A stretch of 64,000 nt of DNA from Octopus vulgaris. Lineage: Eukaryota. Below are positions 1 to 10,614 of this stretch, piece after piece (within the stretch, counting starts at the first letter, position 1; the number at the start of each line of letters is the position of its first letter). The stretch spans positions 20,274,001-20,338,000 of the forward strand of contig OX597826.1 in the NCBI GenBank assembly GCA_951406725.2, written 5' to 3'. A program made the translations under genes and the position numbers. The notes beneath the pieces are model-generated. The model was not told the DNA's origin. It did no database searches and worked only from the letters and a program-made list of their open reading frames with translations.

Positions 1-339
1 AGAAAAAATATTGGTGGTGAGGTTAAGAAGTTTGCTTCCCAACCACATCGTTTCAGGTTCAATCTCATAGCACACTACTTTGGATCAAATGTCTTCCACT
101 ATAGCTCTGGGCAGATGTAACCCTTATGATGCCTTATTTCAATTACTTTGATATTCCTCACAAAAATTGTCTTTATTTGATTACGAATATTTGGAAAGAG
201 ATATTAATGGAATTAGTATTTTAAGAATCTTCAAATGAAGCCATTGAATGTAATTAGCATAAGAAACATGATTAAAATTTATTATTTCAGCTGTATTTTG
301 AATTATTTTTGACTCCTAGTTTGTGACTTTCTTCTGTAG

Positions 340-470
340 ATCAAGACTAGAAGATGAAATAAGACAGCTTCTTAGAAATATTGAGCTTCTACAGAATAAT
401 TTAGATATCACAGAACAATCAGTGTCCGAAACCGTTTCCACTTCCAAGAAAGTAATTCCTACAATCTCAG
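340..470 (+). CDS. CCDC24: CCDC24-like internal exon (131 nt)
   Basis: cttctgtag| acceptor, open frame SRLEDEIRQLL...PTIS, |gtaag donor at 471. Confidence 0.8.
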
Positions 471-3072
471 GTAAGATATTTCTGGGTTGATTTCTTCATT
501 TTTCACACCAATTTTCTGACAAGTTTTGTATTTATGTACTTGGTTAGAGGTTAATCATAATAACGATGATTTAGTAGAGAGGTCAAGATAGAGGCAGGTG
601 TAGACATGTCGAGAAATACACTTTGAAACCACATAGCTCTGAGTTTAATTCCACTGTATGGCACAATTGGGTTTTGGGTACATGTCACCCACATTAACGT
701 CAGATTGAGGCTGCAGTGCAGGGAAATTGGCCGAGGAAATCTCTTTGGAAATACATCAAATATATATATATACTCTGCTGAGTGGTTGGTGTCAGGAAGA
801 GCATCCAGCTGTAAAAATCCTGCCAAAACAGCCACAGAAGTCTGGTGTAGGCTTCTGCCTGGCCAGCTATTGACAAACTGTCCCATCCATGCCAGCATGG
901 AAGGCGGACGTTAAACGATGATGATGATATATGATGATATATGAGGTGTGCTGAAAATTCCAGGCTTTAAAGGGTATTGTGAAAGGCCTGGTTGGAGGTC
1001 CAACCTTCTGAGTTCTTTTACAAGGCTTAGAAAAACTGAAGGACTGCTGCAGTAAGTGTGTGAATCTGAGAGGGGAAGATGTTGAATAAAATCATAATTA
1101 ACTGATCCTCCTGTATTTTCTTTTACCCAAACCCAGCAACTTTTCAGCCTGATCCCCTTGTGTATATAAGCAAAAACTGGACGATGATGATGACATGCAC
1201 ACACACATATAGATTAGTTCATCTCCTGTGAGAGATTCTGTAAACTTCTGCCTGAGATGTGTGCATTAATGTCATATTGCAATGTGTTGAGTTACCTCTC
1301 TTTAAGCTCAAACAAAATTACAGAATTTGACCTTTGACATAAGTCCTATCAATATTTATGATGTCATAGGTTTATATCATAAACACTGTCAGATATTTAG
1401 GACATAGTAGTAGTATATTTATTTTGTGTGACTATTTTTTATGTAATTTGTTTTTTTTTTTTTTTCAGAGTTACGTCTTGAAAGAAAACTTTTAGAGGAG
1501 GAATTACTGAAAGAATCAACCAGCAGGAAATCCACACCATCACCCAGCTCTGCAGTCAAGCTACCAGCCAAGTAAGTATAGCTTCCCAACCACATGGTTT
1601 CAGGTTCAGTCCCACTGTGTGGCACCTTAGGCAAGCGTCTTAAGCCTTGTGAGTGGATTTGGTAGAGGGAAACTGAAAGCAGCCTGTCATACGTATGTAT
1701 TGCTGTTTCTTTGTCTTGATAGTCGTAAATGAGCATCACCAGCATCTATGCAGTGTCTTTCATTTCCAATCTTCTGTGAAAACATGTCTGGCCATGGGGA
1801 AAAATATCATTTTACTTGAAAACAGGTGAAGTTTGGTAACAAGAAGGGCATCAAACCATAGAAAATCTATGCAACCCATGCAAGCATAAAAAAAAATGGA
1901 CATTAAAACAAGGATGATATTGGCAACCCAGACACTTATTTTGTTTCACTGAGACCGAGCAGTAGTATGTCTCTTTATCATCAATCAGTTAATTGTAAGC
2001 GTAAAAGATGAAGACATGGGAAGATGTGGTTTAGTTATCAGAATGTTGGTCCTCACGGATCAGATGGAAAAAGAGTTTGTTGTATTGCAGACCTATCTAA
2101 CCCATACTTTTCCATTGTTGATTTAACTTCCACTTTTCTATGTGTCAGACAAAATTCTCTGAAGCAAATTCTCTACAGTTGGATGTTCTTCCTGTCACCA
2201 ACCACTACTTGTTAATAGACAAAGTAATATATCTGCTCGTCCTTCAACATGAACAACACAATAACAGAACATTTTGTTTTTGTGGAAGATTGCTAATGGA
2301 CATCTCTGCTGGTTTAATTGTGGCATTCGTTTACAATTAGCAAGCATTGTCAAGACAAGAAGACACAAATACACATAGACACACACACACATACATATAT
2401 ATACACAACAGGCCTCTTTCAGTTTCCACCTACCAAATCCATTCACAAAGCTTTGGTCAACCTAATTGTATAAAGAAAGCATCATCATCATTTAACGTCT
2501 ATTTTCCATGCTGGCATGGGTTGGACATTTTGACAGGAGCTGGCAAGGCTGGAGAGCCACACCAGGTTCCACTGTCTGTTTTGGTATGGTTTCTATGGCT
2601 GGATGCCCTTCCTATTGGATGCCAACTATTGTACAGAGTATACCAGATGCTTTTTATGTGGCATCAGTCACTCTTTCCTGAGTTAAAAATACCAAAACCT
2701 AAAGACCAAAAGAGCATAAAAATGTTCATTTTTCCAGGCATGAGGGGCTCATATTGATAGAGAATGGTTCTCTAAAAAGAATTAGACGACATAGAGTGAA
2801 ATATGGTCAGAATGTTCAATGTTGGCAAAGCATCATCCTAGTTTTAACAAACAACAACTTTTGTTTTCAGAAAACCAAGCCGAAATGTGGATGCTGTTGA
2901 CAAGAATATCAAGAAACCAAATTCCAGTGTTGAGACGGATTTCAGTGAAAATGTCTGCTTAGGCTTATCCCAGTACCGATTTCTACCTCATCCTCCAGGT
3001 CATGGAAAGCCCAAAGTAAACTCTGCTGAGAAATTCAGAAGAATGATATATAATTCCAGGTCGACTCATTGA
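340..3072 (+). CDS. CCDC24: 3' part of coiled-coil domain-containing protein 24-like gene; join(340..470,1469..1571,2871..3072); upstream exons lie left of the window
   Basis: Three AG/GT-bounded exons join in frame: SRLEDEIRQLLRNIELLQNNLD...VIPTIS-ELRLERKLLEEELLK...NSAEKFRRMIYNSRSTH*. The LEDE..L..I..LQ..L / PT.SEL...RK.LEEEL pattern resembles the CCDC24 coiled-coil region as I recall it; the identity is not search-verified. Confidence 0.6.
1469..1571 (+). CDS. CCDC24: CCDC24-like internal exon (103 nt)
   Basis: poly-T tract + cag acceptor, ELRLERKLLEEELLKESTSRKSTPSPSSAVKLPA, |gtaagt donor at 1572; phases match both neighbours. Confidence 0.8.
1572..1690 (+). mobile_element. tRNA-derived SINE (5'-truncated copy)
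   Basis: cttcccaaccacatggtttcaggttcagtcccactg...gtgagtggatttggtag; the same family recurs at ~14-120, 5858-6070, 14338-14490, 24300-24460(-), 44705-44850, 50790-50945(-), 56578-56730, 56983-57130. Confidence 0.75.
2871..3072 (+). CDS. CCDC24: CCDC24-like terminal coding exon
   Basis: ttgttttcag| acceptor, in-frame to TGA at 3070-3072, AATAAA at 3083-3088. Confidence 0.75.
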
Positions 3073-3161
3073 GTAAAGCTAAAATAAATAATCTGGCGCC
3101 AAATATAATGATTCAAACCTAGATTTGGTGAGATAATCGTTTTTTTTTTTTTAATTATAAT

Positions 3162-3261
3162 TTACAAAGATTTCAATGTGTAATGCTTTAGAAATTCACC
3201 TTTAAATTTTGAATTTGCAACCAGCAATATAAATGCAGGTGTGCCGCCAATAACTGTGAAG
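3162..3261 (-). CDS. TTC4: TTC4 terminal coding exon
   Basis: tttgccag|FTVIGGTPAFILLVANSKFKGEFLKHYTLKSL-TAA. Confidence 0.9.
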
Positions 3262-6200
3262 CTGGCAAAAAGAAAGAAAAAAATGAGATTCAGAATTGTT
3301 TTAGACCAAACATTTAGTATAAGAAATGAAACTAAAATGGTTTACTGGAAGAATAAGATAAATTAATGGACAAAAGAAACATACCAAGTTCTCATTTTTA
3401 AGCAGAAAATGAAACTTTACCCTAGCATCATTTTATTATAAAGAATGAACTGGTAGAAATATAATTCCTACAGTTCTGTTGAACTGTCATGGAAGCTAGC
3501 CACAATTTTCCTCATAAACCTATGTGATCTTTGTTTGCCTAAATTTGTAATTCTAGTTGTGATGATTTCTAATCCTTAACTTATCTTCATGCTTAATAAA
3601 TCTGTCTGATGATATTTTAGTTTTTATTTAAAGAACATTACTATTACTAGCAATAAAAATAAAATTTGAAAGTTTTTCATTGAGTAAAGAAAAAAAGTTA
3701 AAAAGTTAATTTCAATAAAAATATTAACAACAACAAAATCCATGTTTTTTTTTTTTGTCACTAACAATTTCATGTTTAAAATAATAAATGGATAACAAAG
3801 AAACAAAAATATTAATTAATTAGGAAAACAAAAAGTTAATTGAGATGAAAACACATCACTTAATTATTAATGAGTGAGAGAGTGAGTACGCGCGTGTGTG
3901 TGTGTGTGTGTATACATATATGTGTACTGGCGTCATGCAAATGGCACCTGTGTCGGTGGCACATAAAAGTACCCATTACACTCTCAGAGTGGTTGGTGTT
4001 GGGAAGGGCATCCAGCCATAGAAACCATACCAAATCAGACTGGAATCTGGTGTAGCCTTCCAGCGTGCCAGCCCTGGTCAAACCATCCAACCCATGCCAG
4101 CATAGACAACGGACGTTAAATGATGATGATGATAGTTATTAAGGAACTTACTTTTCATGTTGTAAAATTTCAAGCAATGACTTTTCAGGAGGGATTCTAA
4201 ACAGACTTTCTGTCTTGTTTTCTTCAAAATATATCTGGAAATACAATGAAATGATAATTCTTTATGTAGCACAATTGTCTCTAAGGAATCAACGCTACAT
4301 ATCTTAGACTCTAAATTATTATTATTATTATTCAGGTGGCCTGCTGGCAGAACCATTAACACATTGGACAAAATGCTTAGCAGCGTGTCTTTCAGTTTTA
4401 TGTTCCTAGTCCAAATTCCATCAACACTGACTTTTATTCTTTCTGGGTTGATGAAGTAAGTTCCGGTTGTGCACTAGGTCAACCTGCAACCCAATTTCAG
4501 GCCTCGAGCCTGTAATGTGATTATTAAAATTAAAAAAAGGTGGTGAGCCGGCAGAATCTTTAGCATGCTGGGCAAAATGGTTAGCAGCATGTCGCCTGTC
4601 TTTATGTTCTGAGTTTAATTCCACAGAGACTGACATTGCCTTTCATCCTTTTGGGGTCAATAAAATAATACCAGTTGAATACTGGGGTTGATGTAATCGA
4701 CTTACCCCCCCCCCCCCTAAAAAAACCCTGCTGGCCTTGTGCCAAAATTTGAACCCATTATTGTTGTTGAACAAGGTGACAGAATAATCAGTATCAGACA
4801 AACACCTTGTGATATTTATTCTGGCTATTCTGCCTCCTGAGTTCAAATCCTGCCACAGTCAACTGCGACTGTCCTCCATTCAGGGTCAATAAATAAAGAA
4901 TGAGTCTATACTGACAAACAAGCAAAGTTGTTGGAGCACTCAGCATAGAGTCTGAATCATTTTATTCTGAGTTCAAATGCAGCTGTGGTCTCCCTGGGTC
5001 TGTTGCCCTGTTTATCCCCCATCACCTGGTCCCTGGGTGCCTTTAATGGAGTCCTCTCTTTGGCAACCATTTAGACCAAGTTTCCTGTCTAAAGGTACGA
5101 TCATCCCTCCTTGCTCCCTTCCAACTTCTGTCAGAGACCTTGAAAAGAGTTATGACCATTGTCTTTCCTCCTGATTAAGCAATTAAAAAATTCTTTACAA
5201 CAATTAAATGATAATAGGAAATTAAATATAATTAGATTTTCTAAAGAATTCTTAAGAATTTAATAATTCTGCTGTTACCTCAATGTTTTCAGGAACATAC
5301 TTGTGTTCTTCATCCCAAGGAACCGTACAAGATTGAAACATTTCCAAAATATGGTCAGAAAAGCTAGAAAAAGCAACAGAGTAATTAAATTAATTTTAAT
5401 ATGCAAACATATCTAATATGGACAATAGAATGCTAGAGATTCACATTTATTTGTGAAACAACGGTTGTTGATGTGTTTCTAAATATCAAATCGTGTTTTA
5501 GGAAACAAGAGAAATAAAGTTGTATTTGAGTCTTTTCTTTTTTTTTTTATTATTATTTTTGGTCCCTTTAGTTTACTGCCTGATTGTCATCGAAGAAATG
5601 TGATAAGGAATTTATCAGACTGACAGAACCAAAGCTCTTGGTACACCAAATACAGTAAGGAAGATAAAACCATCAGCTGACTGCAACGGAAACTAAGAAG
5701 TGAATTTCTTAACCAAACAGACCCAGCTTGTGCCTTCTGCATTATAAATTGATGTTGTACGTTTGTACAGTTTAACTGGATACAAAACTCTTCAAAATTT
5801 ACTAAATCTACTGAGTGTAAACAGACAGAACTATAAGAGGCACAGGTGTGCCATAGATGCAGGTGTGGCTCTGTGGTTAGGAAGCTTGATTCTCAAACAT
5901 AGGGTTCTGGGTTCAGTCCTGCAGCGTAACATCTTGGACAAAAATGTTACTGAATATGACAGGACCATGAAGATAGCTGGAGGGTACAACAATATAACAG
6001 CTTGGGCCCCAGACCGAGCGAAGCCTTGCGAGAAGATTTGGTAGACAGAAACTGAAAGAATCCTGTTCTGTGTGTGTGTGTGCATGGATGTATGTGTACG
6101 TGTTACTGTCTCGTTGCCATGACATTGTGTGATAGTTGTAAATGAGTGTCAGTGTCATACAAGCGGTACCCTTTGTTTCCAATCTTTCAAGACATGTCAG

Positions 6201-7104
6201 GTTATGGGGAAATATTACCTTTAGGTAAGGGCTTGTGACAAAGGGCATCTGGCCATAGAAAATCCACCTCAACAAGTTCCTTCTGACCCATGCAAGCATG
6301 GAAAAGTGGACATTAAAATGGTGATGATAATGATGTATAAATAAACATATGGAAATATAAATATGATAGATAGAATAATATATAGAAATTTATATGATAT
6401 ATATATGTTTGCTTATTTATTTTATTTGATGTTGTTGGCCGTGCAGGTGGCACGTAAAAAGCACCCACTACACTCTCGGAGTGGTTGGCGTTAGAAAGGG
6501 CATCCAGCTGTAGAAACTCTGCCAGATCAAGACTGGAGCCTGGTGCAGCCATCTGGTTTGCCGGCCCTCAGTCAAAACCGTCCAACCCATGCTAGCATGG
6601 AAAACGGACGTTAAATGATGATGATGATGATGATGATATATATATATATATATGATATATATCTCTTATTATAAAAGGCAGATTTTATCTGCCTCCCTTT
6701 GGGAGTTATACAAATCTACAATATAGGATTTCTTCAATTACAATTTACCTAGCATTTTTGAGAGTACAATGCATCGCGTCATGCCAGGTCCAGTTTTTAA
6801 AATTTAAACTCCAATTAAGCAAAATTTACAGAAAACTCACATTCTGGTGTGTGTGTCAAATGCTTTTCTTAGTCTGGTTTATACCACACGCAAACGCACA
6901 CACACAGTGGGCAACGAATAAAATGAAAGTAAATAGCGACAGAGTGATTTGAGGAAGACTAAAGTGAAAGTATTCTGTCTATGACGCTGATAGATACATG
7001 AGTAAAATGTATGGGAAGCTAAGAGCTAAGAGTGAGTGAAAATGTTCTTGGAAGAGAGTAATTAGTAATAAAGTAAACATACACTCATACATACATACAT
7101 ACAT

Positions 7105-7137
<33 letters not shown>

Positions 7138-7204
7138 TACATACACACACACATACATACATACACACATACATACATACATACATATACATACATACAT
7201 ACAT

Positions 7205-7239
<35 letters not shown>

Positions 7240-7360
7240 TACACACACACACAGTATTGAAGCTTGAGAACAATCAGATACATTTGCAACACATCTGTTG
7301 AAAATATTATTGTTCACACACATACATATACATATATACATACAGACAGACAGACAGATA

Positions 7361-7396
<36 letters not shown>

Positions 7397-10352
7397 ATCC
7401 AGCATGGCCACAACCTCAAGGCTGAAACATATAAAAGAATAACAGAATATAAATGTGTGCAAAGTACAAGAAATATTAATGCAGTATATGGGGATTGGAC
7501 AATAAGCGTAAGGCAGTGTCAATGGTGGTTCCAGAAATCCCGAGCCATAAACTACAGCCTAGAAGACGAGCCTCATCCTGAAAGATCTGTAGAACTCGAC
7601 AAGGACATCCTGAAAACCCTGGTGGAACAAAATATCATCGTAACTGTTGAGGAACTAGCAGAGAAGCTTGGATTTGGTCATTCAACCATTCATTGACACC
7701 TGTGTGCTATCGGAAAAGTCAGCAAATTGGGTCAATGGGTTCCTCACGAACTTTCCGAGTCTAATTGCATGCAGAGAGTGAATGTATGCTTTTCTTTGTT
7801 GTCATATCTCACCACTACTGCGCTATGTATATCTATATATATAAAACTGTAGTTGTGTGAGTGTCTGTCCCCTTCGATTAAGATTCCTAACTACTCCCAC
7901 ATTTTGCGGTACAGTTTAACCAAATTCGGGTAGCTTATAGTCGTGATTCATATCGAGCCCGTCTGAATATTAGCGCGCGTCTACGATGAGTCTACGATTT
8001 TAAAAATAATTTAACATCATTTTTTATTCCATTTTAATGCATAATTTTTCGTGTGTCGATGGCGGCGGAGTTGGCGTCCACGCTCACACCTGCACCTGTG
8101 GGGAAGGGAGTGTAAGGAAATCAACGTCGTAATGCGTTGTCAAGGAGACCAGTGTTCTTTTAGAACAACGACTTCATGGCTTGAAGACACCAAAACAGAA
8201 ATGGCTAAGAAAGCGTCTACATGAGTCTACGATTTAAAAAAAAATGACCATCGTTTTTTTTCCATTTTAATGCATTTTTTCGCTATTATATAAGGGAAGT
8301 AACTCTCTAAAAATGTCTACGATGAGTCAACGATTTAAAAAAAAATTTACCATCATATTTTTTCCATTTTTAATGCATTTTTTGCTATTTTTTGGCTATA
8401 ACTCTCTAAAAATGCTTATATAGTTATTTCCCTTACAAACCCGAGCAACGCCGGGCGATACTGCTAGTATATAAATAAATATGTACCAATGGTTTTCACT
8501 GAAGCTCTCAATAAAATCACTTTGGTTATATTCTGGATACATAAACAAAACTGGCCAATGGAGAAGTCCTGCATCGTCAAGGTAAACTTTGGCACCACCT
8601 GGATTACTTCCTTCCAGATCTGATAAACTTAAAATAGTTTTTCCATTCTGTTTGTCAGTCTTCATTTTGATATGTCGTTTCTGAAAATAACAGCAGGAAC
8701 AGAATTGTGAGAAATTTTTTATCTGAACAATGAATGAGAAAAGAATTTGGGGAAATCTGATGATTTGGTGTTGGAATGTGAATTTAATAAAAGAAAAAAA
8801 CATGATTGGTCGTAGAATAAGCAGAATTTCAAAAGCCATGTGAGTTGCTTGTTTTGTAAAATATAACATAGCTGGGACATCAGTGAAGACCTGGAGCCAA
8901 ACATAACACATTTCATACAAGGCTGAGCTACAGCTGAACGATTTATACGGTGAGACTAACCTGGAGCTCAACAACAACAATTAGATGATATCAACCAAAA
9001 CATAAAACTTACATGGATTTCATTAAACAGTTTTGATTCTAAAACATCAGCTTTCCTCTCTTGTAATTGTTGTTTACGTAAATCACGGTCTTGGATTTTC
9101 TAAAAGAATAACAGTTTCCAAAACAAGCAGGTAAATGATCAATATATTATTGTATTTCTGTCAAGAGACAATGGTTGCATTTATGAGATAAAATATGAAA
9201 GAAAATTTAAAAAAACAGCCATGAATGTAGTTAGATATTTTTGTATTTGTAAATTAGCAATTAATAAGATAAATATATTTTACCATTTGAAAGAAATTCA
9301 CAAAATGTGGAAACTATGGAAATTACTGATCAATGAGGGAGCCTTTAAATGGTTGTTCTATCTACTAGAAATAACAGCTTATTTGCTCACAAATAATACC
9401 TATTGTCCTAAAAAGGGAGAGACACATGAGATAATGTAGTACTAGATATCAGTAAAAGAGGGGTAGCCAAGAGTGGAATGTCTTTGATCAGGGTTGACTT
9501 AAGGTTAAACAAGTAACAAACACCTACAGAAATTACAAATAACAACTCTGTCAAAGAAGTTTGGGAATTTCAACAAAAGAAATGGTTTGTAGAAATGGTA
9601 TCGTCTGCACAACAAAGGCCATTAATGAGGATTAAGTTTAGATTAGTCACAGAGAACAGAACAACAACAGTGCTGCCAACATTCACAGCTTTTATAAGGA
9701 CTGACAGATGAGGCCCTTCTGTAAGCATGTTCGATCCTAAGTGATAGCAACCTCATTATCATGGATGTACAGAGGAAAGATCCGGATGTCGACTCTGGTG
9801 TACATAATGATACATCATGGAAGACATTAAGGTGTTATCTGGTGTTACAGGTATGGAGGTGATGGCCAGGGAGGATGAAGGATAAATACATGACAACTAA
9901 TACAAGTGGAAGGAACTTGCAGGAGAGGAAGATAAAAAAAAAAGACATTAGATGTAGTAGTGGAACTTCAAGCTGATGACAAAAGGATTGCAACAAGTGG
10001 ACAAGAAAGGACCAGAAAACAGAAGTAGAAATTACGCAAAAAATGACCAAAAATATCAGAAAAAAATTACCTTTAACTTTAGTGATTTCTCTTTTAAAGC
10101 AGAAAGTTTCTCATTTTCAGGTTCAAAATACATTATAAGTCAAGGAATGTAATTTTAGAGACATTTGAAACACATCTTTGAAACTGTTTAGTCAAAGAGA
10201 AATCTTTAAACTAATTGATAAAGGATATTTTCAAACCAGCTTCACACCATTTAATAGCATCTGAGAATTTCTTCAGTTCAATGCAGCACTGAGATCCTTG
10301 TAAAAAGAAGAAGATAAATACAGAGAATATAGAATAAATGATATGAGTAACA

Positions 10353-10398
<46 letters not shown>

Positions 10399-10548
10399 TC
10401 ATCATCATCGTTTAACGTCCGCTTTCCATGCTAGCATGGGTTGGACGGTTCAACTGGGGTCTGGGAAGCCCGAAGGCTGCACCAGGCCAGTCAGATGTGG
10501 CAGTGTTTCTACAGCTGGATGCCCTTCCTAACGCCAACCACTCCGAGA

Positions 10549-10614
<66 letters not shown>

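Noticed and set aside
6979-7419. Long Cys/Val/Tyr/Met-rich ORFs (also at ~28076-28637, 35144-36510, 47211-47745)
   Set aside because: They are translations of CA/TA microsatellites and have no exon signals.
8870-8980. Possible intronic H/ACA snoRNA hairpins in TTC4 intron 7
   Set aside because: No convincing H or ACA boxes; it resembles the tail of a dispersed repeat ending ...aacaacaac.
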